Origin: a virus | Virus record (IMG/VR): IMGVR_UViG_3300047472_000191 | Coordinates: 60,940-124,939 of that record | DNA: 64,000 nt | Strand: one strand, 5' to 3' | Part shown: in pieces, positions 19,368 through 29,275 of the stretch | Numbering within the stretch: position 1 is the first letter of the stretch | Layout of the letters: each line of letters opens with the position of its first letter | Made by a program: the position numbers and the translations under genes | The notes under the pieces: generated by a model | What the model saw: the letters and a program-made list of their open reading frames with translations, nothing else | Told to the model about the DNA's origin: nothing | The model's database searches: none

Positions 19368-20696
19368 ATGCCGGTTGTAGTCCCCACAGGATCCCCGGTC
19401 TCCTCTTCGACCACGGACTCGACGTCTTTCGACGGACGTATCCGGGTCATAGACGACCCGGCGTTCGGCGGTGTCCGCATCAAGATCGACTACTCGTTGG
19501 ACCTCAACTTGTGGTCCAACCCTTTCCAGTGCACGGTGTACCGGAAGCACGAAGACGGCTCCGTGTACACGGTGCGTGGCGGAGACCCCTACCTCAACTA
19601 CGCAGGCAAGGGCTGGCTGTACGACCAGGAAGCCCCCCTTGGCCAGCCCGTCTCCTACTACGTCGTACCCATCGACGCCGACGGGGGCACGGGGGTCCAG
19701 TCGGCTGTCGCCTCCATTCTCACGGGCACTCCGGCGGGCGGTTTCAACAGCCCCGACATGTGGCTGGTCAACCTCGCCGATCCCAGCGCCTCGGTGCGGG
19801 CACGCGGCCTCAACACGCTTGCCGGTAACTACAACGGGCGCAGCGACAAACAGACGGTCCTCGGCAGCCCCTTCCCCACGGTGACGCCGGACACCCGGAA
19901 CGGACTGAGCACCCAGATAACTGTGCTCACGGTCGGGCAGCAGGAATTCGTTGCCATGCAGAAGCTCTTGAAGCAGAGCATCATCATGCGGAAGTCGTCG
20001 TTATGGGAAAGGCCTGACGGCTATTTCACCGTGGACGACGCCTCCTATGCAGCCCAGACCGCCGGAACAGGGCGAGGCGCGTACGCCTGGCAGATGGGCC
20101 TTACCGAGGTAAACCGCCCCAATACGTACGGCCAGACCGTCGCCAGTCCCTCTTTCACCTTTGCCTCATATCGGGATCAGTTCCCGCTGTTCAGTGATGC
20201 CCCCATGCTGCCGTTCGATGCCATCCAGGGCGGCAACGTCATGGACCCCAACACGTCCAGCCTGGAAACCGACGATTCACAGTGGGTGGCAAACACCAAC
20301 ACGACCAAAACGTGGTCGGCGGAACAGGCCAAGCAGGGCACGCACTCCCTGAAAATGGTCGCCACGACCGTCGGCGTTTTCGGAGCGTTCACCGGGCCGC
20401 GCTTCCCGGTGAACCCGGACGCCGTCTACACGTTCACGGCGTGGCTGTACAGCCCGAACGGCCTGGTGGCGGACCTTCAGCTCGACTGGAAGGACGGTGC
20501 GGGCGGCTACCTCGCCAGTGATTCCCTCGGTGAGTGGGGGCGGACGGTGGCGCTCACCCCCAACATCTGGACCAAGGTCGCTCTGTCCGTCAAGCCGGTT
20601 CCCGGGGCAGCTCTGGTCACGCCGCTGGTCCGTCTGACCGCAACAGCGGGCGGCCAGGTCGGTTATGCGGACAGCATGAGTCTGGAGAACATCTGA
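19368..20696 (+). CDS. Minor tail protein (distal-tail-like) with C-terminal carbohydrate-binding module
   Basis: Follows tape measure; C-terminal CBM-like GTHSLK..YTFTAW..WTKV. Confidence 0.7.
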   Translation: MPVVVPTGSPVSSSTTDSTSFDGRIRVIDDPAFGGVRIKIDYSLDLNLWSNPFQCTVYRKHEDGSVYTVRGGDPYLNYAGKGWLYDQEAPLGQPVSYYVVPIDADGGTGVQSAVASILTGTPAGGFNSPDMWLVNLADPSASVRARGLNTLAGNYNGRSDKQTVLGSPFPTVTPDTRNGLSTQITVLTVGQQEFVAMQKLLKQSIIMRKSSLWERPDGYFTVDDASYAAQTAGTGRGAYAWQMGLTEVNRPNTYGQTVASPSFTFASYRDQFPLFSDAPMLPFDAIQGGNVMDPNTSSLETDDSQWVANTNTTKTWSAEQAKQGTHSLKMVATTVGVFGAFTGPRFPVNPDAVYTFTAWLYSPNGLVADLQLDWKDGAGGYLASDSLGEWGRTVALTPNIWTKVALSVKPVPGAALVTPLVRLTATAGGQVGYADSMSLENI

Positions 20697-21844
20697 TGCT
20701 CTCCCACTCGTTGCGCCTGGAACGGATGCTGGCCGACGGCACCCCCCTGAAGATCGAACCCGTACTGGAGTGGTCCCCGGACTGGGCCAACTGGTACCCG
20801 CTGACCGTGATCAGCGGAAGCCACACCCAGGACCGCACCAGCACCGTCCGGTGGACCTTGAGCGGCACCATCGCCAAGACGGTGCCCGTGGGGTTCGACG
20901 GCATCCACCCTTACGGCTGCCGCCTCCGGCTCCAGCTGGCGGTGTCCTGCCTGGGGTCCTCCCCCGAGTACATCCCCGCAGGCATGTACTCCGTCACCTC
21001 TGTGACGGAGAACTTCAACAACCTGGGCATTTCAGGCTCCAGCTTCGAACAGGACGTCATCGACTCCACGTTCCCCGTGGTCCGCAACCTGCCGGACAAC
21101 CGGACGATGACCTACCGGAGGCAGGCAGAAAAGCTCATCACCGAGGCAGTTCCGGACGCCCGGTTCCTCTGGGATCCCCGGCTGTCGATGAACACCGCGA
21201 TGACCTCCATGGCCGTGGACAGCGACCGCTGGTCCATCATCCACGGACAGTCCAACGATGCCTCCGTAGCCACGGCGCTGGGCGCAGACGCCCTCTGTGA
21301 CGCCTCAGGGGCCTTCTCCTTCGTCCAGCGCCCTTCGCTGACCGACACGCCCGTCTGGACCGTCTCCGAGGACACACAGACCAAGATCTCCGCAACGTTC
21401 GCCTACGACCGGCAGGGCGTGTTCAACTTGGTCGCGGTCACTGGAACCCCCGCCGACGGCGGCAGCCCCATCGGGCCGGTATTCGTATGGGACGACGACC
21501 CGCACTCCCCGACCTATGCCGGTCCCGACCCGGTGAACCATCCGGAACTTGCCGGGCACTTCGGCGTCAAACCCTACCGGTACGACTCCCCGCTGATCAC
21601 CGGCGACCGGCAGGCCTGGCAGGTCGGCCGGGCCATCCTGTCCGACATCGTGGGGGAGTCCAAGACGGTCTCTTTCTCCAGCCGCTTCCACCCCTGCCAG
21701 GAAGCCGGGGACGTCGTCCTGATCACCCGGACGAACGGGCGGCTGGAAAGCCACCTGGTGGACTCCATCGGCTACACGTGGGCCTCCGGCGCCGCGTCCT
21801 ACACCACTCGCAGCACCAAGCAGGAGGTCACGGTCCGTGTCTGA
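20696..21844 (+). CDS. Minor tail protein (hub/Tal-like)
   Basis: Coupled start; VWDDDPHSPTY..FGVKPYRYDSPLI. Confidence 0.75.
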   Translation: MLSHSLRLERMLADGTPLKIEPVLEWSPDWANWYPLTVISGSHTQDRTSTVRWTLSGTIAKTVPVGFDGIHPYGCRLRLQLAVSCLGSSPEYIPAGMYSVTSVTENFNNLGISGSSFEQDVIDSTFPVVRNLPDNRTMTYRRQAEKLITEAVPDARFLWDPRLSMNTAMTSMAVDSDRWSIIHGQSNDASVATALGADALCDASGAFSFVQRPSLTDTPVWTVSEDTQTKISATFAYDRQGVFNLVAVTGTPADGGSPIGPVFVWDDDPHSPTYAGPDPVNHPELAGHFGVKPYRYDSPLITGDRQAWQVGRAILSDIVGESKTVSFSSRFHPCQEAGDVVLITRTNGRLESHLVDSIGYTWASGAASYTTRSTKQEVTVRV

Positions 21845-22598
21845 TGCCGCAAGCCTGTTGTCCAAACTGACCACCAGCGAACGCGCCGTAAAAACCCTCC
21901 GCGCCGTCGTGTCCGCCTACCGGGAAGACGGCCTGGTCAATCTCCGGTACGGGACATCGAGCCTGTACGGGATCCCTTGCCTGGCTTCCTACACCGACCG
22001 CAGCATCGGGGACGTGGTGCAGGTGCTGGACCTCGGTCACAGCGTCTGGGTGGTCCTGGGACGCATCGGCGGCGGTGACTCGGAATTCGTCTTTCCGACC
22101 ACACAGAACAACGGCTACCAGCAGTACTATTTGGACACTCTGACCAGCCGTGGCATGACGGACATCGGGTACGAGGGGTACATCGGGTCCTCCGGGACCA
22201 ACAATGAGCGGCCCCTCATGCTGGCCTGGTCGTACTACAACGGCAGCAGCAACAGCCTGAACAGCATCAGTGCAGGCCGGACCTTCGCGACCGTCTGTGT
22301 AGCCCGGAGCAATCTTCTCCACGGAAAGCGGGAGGCCGTAGAAATGCGGCTCTGCCCGCACAACTACAACGCACTGCCGAGCACCATCACGCTGGACACT
22401 GCATCGTTCAGCCCGGTCACGTTCCGTCTGGAAGTCGGGGAAATACGCAATGTCGCCCTCCCCGCCGACTGGTTCGCCGCCATGACGGCAACAACCCCGA
22501 CCATCAAGGGATTCGCCGTTCAACCTGTTACGGCAACCCCATCACAAGCCGGTTACGCAATTTTCAGCCAGATCTCCGGCGGCTTCAGATCGTTTTAA
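21837..22598 (+). CDS. Minor tail protein
   Basis: N-terminal OB-like CLASY..GDVV..VLGRI, synteny. Confidence 0.65.
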   Translation: MSDAASLLSKLTTSERAVKTLRAVVSAYREDGLVNLRYGTSSLYGIPCLASYTDRSIGDVVQVLDLGHSVWVVLGRIGGGDSEFVFPTTQNNGYQQYYLDTLTSRGMTDIGYEGYIGSSGTNNERPLMLAWSYYNGSSNSLNSISAGRTFATVCVARSNLLHGKREAVEMRLCPHNYNALPSTITLDTASFSPVTFRLEVGEIRNVALPADWFAAMTATTPTIKGFAVQPVTATPSQAGYAIFSQISGGFRSF

Positions 22599-22633
22599 TC
22601 GGTATAGTTGTTCGACAGTAAAGGAGGAAATCC

Positions 22634-23269
22634 GTGGGAGCCACGTTCAGCGCGTTTTCTGCACTTCCGGTGCCGGATACCGCAGCCAGCAATGACGTCC
22701 CCTACTGGTTATCCCAGCTGGTGGCCGTCCTGGACACCAAACTCGTTCTCGCCGCTACCTCCACGGCGGACCGGGACAGCCGCTACTTCAGCGCCCCGTC
22801 CGGTGTGATCTGCGTCGTCCGTGACGGCACCGGGACCGTTCTCGGCGTGTACGTGAAGACGTCCAACGCCGGAACGTCCGTCTGGTCGACCATCTGGACG
22901 GCACCTGTCCCGCAGACTCCGGTCAACATCCCCCTTTCGGACGGGGTGCAGGTAGCGAACGGCAAGCCGCCTATCGCTGTCTACAACCCCGCCGCGAACA
23001 CCTGGACTTTCTGGGGAAACGTCGGTTTCACCAACGGCACGAACATACCGACCAACACCATTCTCGGAACTGTTCCGGCGGCGGTTTCTCTCAGCACGGT
23101 TCAGCCCTACTACGAAGGTATTGCCCCCACGTCGGTCGGAGGAACCGGCAGCCCGTCCGGAGGGGCAAAAATTTCTTTCTCGGTCGGTGGCAACATCGTG
23201 ATATTCCTCCCGTCCGGCGTCTCTCCGGCCTGGGTCGGTTTTGACGGCATTGTGCTTCCGGGCGCGTAG
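22634..23269 (+). CDS. Minor tail protein
   Basis: AGGAGG RBS; STADRDSRY motif typical of actinophage tail proteins. Confidence 0.65.
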   Translation: MGATFSAFSALPVPDTAASNDVPYWLSQLVAVLDTKLVLAATSTADRDSRYFSAPSGVICVVRDGTGTVLGVYVKTSNAGTSVWSTIWTAPVPQTPVNIPLSDGVQVANGKPPIAVYNPAANTWTFWGNVGFTNGTNIPTNTILGTVPAAVSLSTVQPYYEGIAPTSVGGTGSPSGGAKISFSVGGNIVIFLPSGVSPAWVGFDGIVLPGA

Positions 23270-23280
23270 GGGGAATTGAC

Positions 23281-24345
23281 GTGGCGCGTTTCATTTACGG
23301 TGGTGGTGGTGACGGGGACATCATCAAACCCACAGGTGTTCCGTACATCAACGCCAGTGCAAACGTGTTCGACGCACGCACCGGCGGAACTCAGATAGCG
23401 GATCTCCAGAACATTTCCGGATCCGCTATCACCTCGGTGGCCACGGACGCGTTCGGGCAGGCCATCTTCTACGGCCCCGACAACTACATTGGCGTCCTCT
23501 GGCTCGACTTCGGCAGCGGCGTCCGATGGGCGGTATCCCCCAAGGCGGTAGACCTCGCCGCGTTACGGGCGATCGGCGTGCAGCGGGCAGCTGACGCCGC
23601 CGCAACGACCCCGACCGCGAAGGCAGGGCTCCCGTACAACGCGGCGGATCCACTGGAACAAGCGCTTGCGGCAGCCCTTGACCCCCTGGTCATCCCCCGG
23701 TTCGCGTCCCAGTCGGCCCGGGACGCGGCCTTTCCGTCTCCCCAGGGCGGTGACAGGTGCTGGCGGACTGACCTGGCCCTTGAGCAGGTCTTCAACGGCA
23801 AGCTGGGTCTGTGGCGGAACAACAGTTTCGCCTACAACTTCGGGTCCGTGGGCGGGTCGGTGACGGTCGCCAACACGGTTACCGAAACCCAGCTGTCAGT
23901 GACAACGGTCCCTGCGAATACTCCGGCTGGGGCGACGTTCAAGGTGACGGGTTACGGCTCAATCGTTCAAGCCGCCAACGCGACCCCCACCCTGACGCTG
24001 CGGCTCAAGGTCGGGGGCGTATCGGGTGTGAGCCTAGCGGCGAACTCCTGGACGGCGGCCACCAACGCAACACCGAGTGCGCGTGCTTGGCAGGTCCAAG
24101 GATTTGTCACCCTGAATTCAACCGGTGCCAGCGGGACCTGGTTCGGGAACCTGACGGGTTCTTCTACTATCACCAGCACTACGCCCCTCTTCAGCTCCGG
24201 GGCGTCCTTGCGCAGTGACGGTACTTCGCTTACCACAAGGGACTCTACGGTCTCTCAAAACCTCTCTCTGACCGCTCAATGGGACGCCGCGTCCGCATCG
24301 AACAGCGTTATTCAGTACGGCTGGGCCTGGGAAAGGGTCTGCTGA
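23281..24345 (+). CDS. Tail fibre/receptor-binding protein 1
   Basis: RFASQSARDAAFPSP motif; N-terminus paralogous to the next gene. Confidence 0.7.
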   Translation: MARFIYGGGGDGDIIKPTGVPYINASANVFDARTGGTQIADLQNISGSAITSVATDAFGQAIFYGPDNYIGVLWLDFGSGVRWAVSPKAVDLAALRAIGVQRAADAAATTPTAKAGLPYNAADPLEQALAAALDPLVIPRFASQSARDAAFPSPQGGDRCWRTDLALEQVFNGKLGLWRNNSFAYNFGSVGGSVTVANTVTETQLSVTTVPANTPAGATFKVTGYGSIVQAANATPTLTLRLKVGGVSGVSLAANSWTAATNATPSARAWQVQGFVTLNSTGASGTWFGNLTGSSTITSTTPLFSSGASLRSDGTSLTTRDSTVSQNLSLTAQWDAASASNSVIQYGWAWERVC

Positions 24346-25316
24346 TGGCCAGATTCCTCTACGGCGGAGGTGGGGACGGAGACGTCATCAAGCCCACGGG
24401 TACGCCGTTCCTCAACACCACAGCGCTGGTCTACAACTCCCGGTCGGGAGGCACGCTGATTACCGATCTCCAGAACATTTCCGGTACCTCTATCGGTCAG
24501 GTGACCACCGACTCCAACGGGCAGGCCATCTTTTTCGGGCCGGACAACTACATCGGTACGCTGTGGCTCGACTTCGGCAGCGGCAGCGGCGTGCGGTGGG
24601 CTCTGTCGCCCAAGGCCGTGGACCTGGCCGCTACCCGGGCTATCGCGGTACAGCGGACGGCAGACGCGGCAACTCCGAGCTTCACCACGAAGGCTCACCT
24701 GCCCTACAACGCGGCGGACCCGCTGGAACAGGCCCTCGCGACAGCTCTGGACCCTCTGGTCATTCCCCGGTTCGCCACAGCAGCAGCCAGGGACACCGCG
24801 TTCCCGGCTCCGGCGAACGGTGACCGGTGCTACCGGACCGACCTTGCTGCCGACCAGGTGTACACCGGAACGGCCTGGGTGACTCTGGTACAGGCAGGGC
24901 CGTGGACACAGGCGAACCTTTCCATATCTCCGACGTCGGGCAGTTTCTCTGTAGGTACTGGATCGCTCACTATCCGGTACCAAATCCAGGGGAAGGGTGT
25001 GGAGTTCTACATCGGCTTGACTGTGGCGGGGGACACCACGGTGGGGAACGGTGTGTGGACCGTCACCGGATTACCTTTCAGCATCTCGGCATCCAGCATT
25101 TTGGTGACGACTTTCCCGGGTCAGGTGTTCACCGGCTCCGCGCGTTTTATGGCGATTGCGCAGGCGGAAACAGCCACTACGCTTTCCCTGTGGTCCTATG
25201 CATCAACGGGTTCTACCGCAGTTACCCGGATCGGCGGCAGTGGTTCCACCCCCGGCGGCGGAACCTGGCAGGCCGGTAACTTCCTCCGCGTGGGCGGTAT
25301 CGCAGAACTCGCCTGA
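24345..25316 (+). CDS. Tail fibre/receptor-binding protein 2
   Basis: MARFLYGGGGDGD N-terminus shared with 23281; different C-terminus. Confidence 0.7.
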   Translation: MARFLYGGGGDGDVIKPTGTPFLNTTALVYNSRSGGTLITDLQNISGTSIGQVTTDSNGQAIFFGPDNYIGTLWLDFGSGSGVRWALSPKAVDLAATRAIAVQRTADAATPSFTTKAHLPYNAADPLEQALATALDPLVIPRFATAAARDTAFPAPANGDRCYRTDLAADQVYTGTAWVTLVQAGPWTQANLSISPTSGSFSVGTGSLTIRYQIQGKGVEFYIGLTVAGDTTVGNGVWTVTGLPFSISASSILVTTFPGQVFTGSARFMAIAQAETATTLSLWSYASTGSTAVTRIGGSGSTPGGGTWQAGNFLRVGGIAELA

Positions 25317-25345
25317 CATCCGGGCGGACTAGGAAAGGGAACAGC

Positions 25346-25624
25346 ATGACGGAATACACACGACGCTACCCAAGCGGTTCGTCGGACTTCTATCCGAACG
25401 GCACCACTCTTCAGGTCAGCTACGTCGTTGCGGGTACCGACGGTTCTTCTATCGAAGGCACACTCGACACGCACGGGCTTCTCACAGAGGACCAGATAGA
25501 CGAACTCGCCTTCGCCATTCAGACCGCGTGTTCCGGTCTTCCCTGGCTGTCGACATCCTTCGTTACGGTCCTGGAGGACGGCCGCCGGGCATTTTCTGTC
25601 TCTCCGGTAACACCTCCACAATAG
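25346..25624 (+). CDS. Hypothetical protein (possible fibre chaperone)
   Basis: ORF with RBS after the fibre genes. Confidence 0.55.
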   Translation: MTEYTRRYPSGSSDFYPNGTTLQVSYVVAGTDGSSIEGTLDTHGLLTEDQIDELAFAIQTACSGLPWLSTSFVTVLEDGRRAFSVSPVTPPQ

Positions 25625-25696
25625 GGACGTTCTAACGAAATAGCCTCCCTTGGTACGATCCAAAGAGGCTAATTCTGGTTCCCGAGGGGCAATTCA

Positions 25697-26089
25697 ATGA
25701 GCGTTCCGTTAGACACCCTCATAACCACGGGTGCAGTGGTCTTCGGGAGCTTATCGACCTACGCAGGGACGCGGTACATGGGTCGGAATACGAACGCCAC
25801 CGAAAACCGCAAGGTAAAGCTCAGTGAGTTCGAGACGTTCAAAGAGGCGTACTACGAGCAGATCGCTGAGTTCAAGGAACGCTACGCGACTCAAGAAGCG
25901 AAGATGAACAAGGTGGAACGTCTGCTTCGCCTGGCTCTCAAGCACATCCGGGACCTGCGCACCGACATGCGGCAGCACGACGTCATTCCGTCCCACGGGA
26001 CGCCGTCCGAGCTGGAGAGCCTGCTGTGGACTCTCACGGATGAGGACGATGCGGAGGTCACCGCGTCGCACCCCGGATCGGGGGAGTGA
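25697..26089 (+). CDS. Membrane protein with coiled coil (lysis cassette)
   Basis: N-terminal hydrophobic helix followed by a coiled coil. Confidence 0.65.
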   Translation: MSVPLDTLITTGAVVFGSLSTYAGTRYMGRNTNATENRKVKLSEFETFKEAYYEQIAEFKERYATQEAKMNKVERLLRLALKHIRDLRTDMRQHDVIPSHGTPSELESLLWTLTDEDDAEVTASHPGSGE

Positions 26090-26652
26090 TGCGCGTTCCC
26101 CGGGCCCAGCTCCGTCAGGCCCTGATAGCAGCGGGCGCACAGAGCGGGACATGGGCACAGCCCGGAACGGCCGAGACTCTGGCAGCTGTGGCCCTCGCCG
26201 CGTCGGGGGTTCAAGGGGAAGCGGACTGCGATACGACGGACGGCCTGCGAGTCACCGTCTTCCAGATCGAGACGCGTCCCGCAGACACCGGACGGCGTAC
26301 CCCGCGAGATCGGGAGTGGCTCACCGACGGCCTCTCCAACGCGTGCTTGGCGGCCGTAGCGCTCACGCACATGAACGGGCTGAAGATGTGGCCCGAGTAC
26401 ACGTCCGGCGCCTACCGGCGCTACCTCCCGGAGGCGCATCCCCCGTCCATACAGCGGCCTGAGGACGACGTTCCGTACCAGGAGGCCCCCGTGTTCCCCG
26501 GCGTCCCGCTACGGCTCCTGATGCGCGCCTGCGGATGGATCGCCCCGTCCAACGTAGACGCCGACCGGATCGCCGGGATCAACGGCTTTCCCTCCGCCGC
26601 AGACGTTCCCGCAGGGCACGTTGTGCGGATCCCCGTACAGCGGGGCTGGTAA
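26089..26652 (+). CDS. Transglycosylase-like protein with LysM-like tail, apparently lacking the catalytic Glu
   Basis: AVALAASG..FQI..NA..W..YTSGAYRRYL, and IAGING..VPAGHVVRIP. Confidence 0.6.
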   Translation: MRVPRAQLRQALIAAGAQSGTWAQPGTAETLAAVALAASGVQGEADCDTTDGLRVTVFQIETRPADTGRRTPRDREWLTDGLSNACLAAVALTHMNGLKMWPEYTSGAYRRYLPEAHPPSIQRPEDDVPYQEAPVFPGVPLRLLMRACGWIAPSNVDADRIAGINGFPSAADVPAGHVVRIPVQRGW

Positions 26653-26688
26653 TCGGCCCCGTGCTGAAAACCGAGTGAGAGGACTCTC

Positions 26689-26907
26689 GTGAACAAGTTC
26701 CTGAATCGTGCCTTCCTGAAGGACGTTGCGGACCGCACCGTCTCCACCTACGTACAGGCGTTCGTGGGTCTGGAACTGTCCGACATGACCAACCTGACGT
26801 CCATCGGCGCCACCAAGGCCGTTGCGATCGCCGCGCTGCCTGCGGCGTTAGCCGTGCTCAAGGCCGCGCTCAAGGGCGCCGCCAAGCAGGACACCGCTGG
26901 CGTCTGA
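26689..26907 (+). CDS. Holin (r1t-like)
   Basis: FLKDVADRTVSTYVQAF plus hydrophobic helices. Confidence 0.8.
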   Translation: MNKFLNRAFLKDVADRTVSTYVQAFVGLELSDMTNLTSIGATKAVAIAALPAALAVLKAALKGAAKQDTAGV

Positions 26908-27002
26908 CCTGCTGAGAAGGGGGCGGCGGTTCTCTGGAGCTGCCGCCCTCCCCGCTATATGATCAGCCTTGGATGCAGGACTTCCAGCGGAGGTACATAA
27001 GC

Positions 27003-27191
27003 GTGACCGCTATGCAACACACGGCGCAGGACCGGTGCGACCGGTGCCGGGCGCAGGGCTACACCACGTGGGACATCGCGGGTAAGTCGCTTACGTTCTG
27101 CGGGCACCACACCAACGCTTACGGGGACGTCCTGACCCAACGGGGCTACACCCTCCGCGTGGACGACACCATCGCCCTTAACAGCAGGTAA
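27003..27191 (+). CDS. Small Zn-binding protein
   Basis: DRCDRC...LTFCGHH. Confidence 0.7.
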   Translation: MTAMQHTAQDRCDRCRAQGYTTWDIAGKSLTFCGHHTNAYGDVLTQRGYTLRVDDTIALNSR

Positions 27192-27473
27192 TAGGGCCAC
27201 ATCCGTCTAAACTGCTAAGGTAGATACCGATCACCCCATGGTCTTCCGCCGGAAACTCTGGCGGACGCACGAAAGGTCAGGTGATTGCCCCTCATGACGG
27301 ACAGCATCAAGAACCAGCAGCCCGATATGACGGAAACGTCCTGACCTAGGAGTGTGATCCGACATCTCCCTGGCGGCCGGTCTGAAATACCCGGCCGTCT
27401 CGGAGAGGGATCAACCCGACGAGCCCCGGCAAACCCTGCCGGGGCTCCCGTATACCCCGAGAAGGAGAGAACT

Positions 27474-29018
27474 GTGACCGCGCTACTTGAGGCGCCCGTC
27501 AAGCCGCCTCTGCGGCCGTATCAGGCGGCAGGCGTCCAGTTCCTCCGGGACCACCCCCGCGCGTATTTGGCGGACGATCCTGGGCTCGGAAAAAGTCGAC
27601 AATTGCTGGAAGCGTCCGTGGGCAAGACCCTGATTCTCGCCCCCGCCATGATCCTGGACTCCGGTACCTGGCGGAACGAGGTCAACCGGTGGGCCGACGA
27701 CCCCAGCCGGTTCACGTACGTCCCCTACACGTCTCTGTGCCACCGGGAGACCACCCCCGGAGCCTTCCTGTACGAGCGGATCGCCAAGCACGACACAGCC
27801 GTGATCACCGAAGATCAGGTACTAGACGAGAACGGCAAGCTGCTACAGGGCTTCAAGCCCATTCTGACTGCCAAGGGGGAGCACAAGCGGCAGCCCTCCC
27901 GGTCCAAGGTCGTCCCGATACCGCGTCCCGAGTACAACCAGCACTGGGACACGATCATCTGCGACGAAGCCCAGCTGCTCAAAGGCCGCAAAACCACCTG
28001 GGTCGACGCCCTCAAGATCCTGTCCCGGAACGCGGACCGGCTGTGGATGGCCTCCGGTACACCGATCTCCAACTTCGCCCCCGAGCTGTTCGCCCCGCTG
28101 CAACTGCTGTACCCGGAACTGAGCGGCAAGGGGCAGAAGCTCGGATCGTTCTGGCGGTGGGCCGGGACGTGGTTCCACATCACAGAGTCCCAGTTCCGAG
28201 AGCACGAGAAGATCATCGGAGATCTTCTGCACTGCTACCCGGAGTGCCTCGACCAGCCCGCCTGGGACCCGTGCGAGCACTACGAGCGGTTCTTCAAGCA
28301 GAACCTCGGAGACCGGTACATACAGAGGCTGCGGGACGACGTACTGCCGGACCTTCCCCCGCTGGAGATGCAGACCGTACTCACCCCGATGACCAAGAGG
28401 CAGGGTGTGGAGTACCGGAAGATGAAGAAGGACTCGCTGGCCTACGCTCTGGACGGCAACATGATGGTCGCCTGGTCCAAGGGCGCCGCGCACGTGAAGC
28501 TGGACAAGATGGCAACCGGTCTGGGTCTCTTCACCGGGGGTATCGAGGAGTCCGGCAAGCTGGACCAGCTGCGGTACGACCTCAGCGAGCGGGTGTATCC
28601 CACACTGGTGGTCGCGCACTATCAGGACACCGTCACCGCGTGCGCGGAGGTAGCCAGGTCGCTCGGTAAGAAGGCGGAGCAGATCGACGGCCGGACCAGC
28701 AAGGGGGACCGGCTGCGGTTCGTGGAAGCCTTCCAGGCTGGCAAGCTGGACGTGCTGGTCGGGTCTCTGGAGACGATCTCGGAGGGTCTGACGCTCACGG
28801 CCGCTGACTTGATCATTTTCGTTGAGCACTCCTGGAAGCCGTCCCGGAATCAGCAGGCGCTCCGCCGGGTGCACCGGCTGGGGCAGACGCGCCCGGTCAC
28901 GGCCTACGACTACGTCACGCCGAAGAGCGTGGATGAGGGCAAGCGGGAGCTGTTGGCTACGAAGCAGGATCGGGCGATGAGGGCTTTGACCTGGGGGGTT
29001 GTTCGAGACCTCCTTTAG
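27474..29018 (+). CDS. SNF2-family helicase
   Basis: LRPYQ, DDPGLGKS, CDEAQ, SGTP, EGLTL, QALRRVHRLGQ. Confidence 0.92.
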   Translation: MTALLEAPVKPPLRPYQAAGVQFLRDHPRAYLADDPGLGKSRQLLEASVGKTLILAPAMILDSGTWRNEVNRWADDPSRFTYVPYTSLCHRETTPGAFLYERIAKHDTAVITEDQVLDENGKLLQGFKPILTAKGEHKRQPSRSKVVPIPRPEYNQHWDTIICDEAQLLKGRKTTWVDALKILSRNADRLWMASGTPISNFAPELFAPLQLLYPELSGKGQKLGSFWRWAGTWFHITESQFREHEKIIGDLLHCYPECLDQPAWDPCEHYERFFKQNLGDRYIQRLRDDVLPDLPPLEMQTVLTPMTKRQGVEYRKMKKDSLAYALDGNMMVAWSKGAAHVKLDKMATGLGLFTGGIEESGKLDQLRYDLSERVYPTLVVAHYQDTVTACAEVARSLGKKAEQIDGRTSKGDRLRFVEAFQAGKLDVLVGSLETISEGLTLTAADLIIFVEHSWKPSRNQQALRRVHRLGQTRPVTAYDYVTPKSVDEGKRELLATKQDRAMRALTWGVVRDLL

Positions 29019-29065
29019 GTGCTAGGGTAGATACATACCCGAGAGACACCACCAAGGAGACTTTC

Positions 29066-29272
29066 ATGGAGCCCCAGACTGAGATCGTGTACGTAGTCGC
29101 ATCCGCCCCCCACAAGGCCATCGCCTTCATCAACGGCACAGACGCCCAGCCGAACAGCGTCTTCACCGTCAGGTCGGCAGCCGAAACTGTGGCGCGGTGG
29201 AAGTCCCAGGACTATGGCTACGACATGCACGTCTATGGGGCCCGGGTCACCGTCGAACTGCTGGAGGACTGA
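29066..29272 (+). CDS. Hypothetical protein
   Basis: Follows the motif promoter at 29023; AAGGAG RBS. Confidence 0.7.
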   Translation: MEPQTEIVYVVASAPHKAIAFINGTDAQPNSVFTVRSAAETVARWKSQDYGYDMHVYGARVTVELLED

Positions 29273-29275
29273 GCC

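Noticed and set aside
7946-27200. AATAGCCC-like word in late intergenic regions as a late promoter
   Set aside because: Spacing to -10-like boxes is inconsistent and there are too few exact copies
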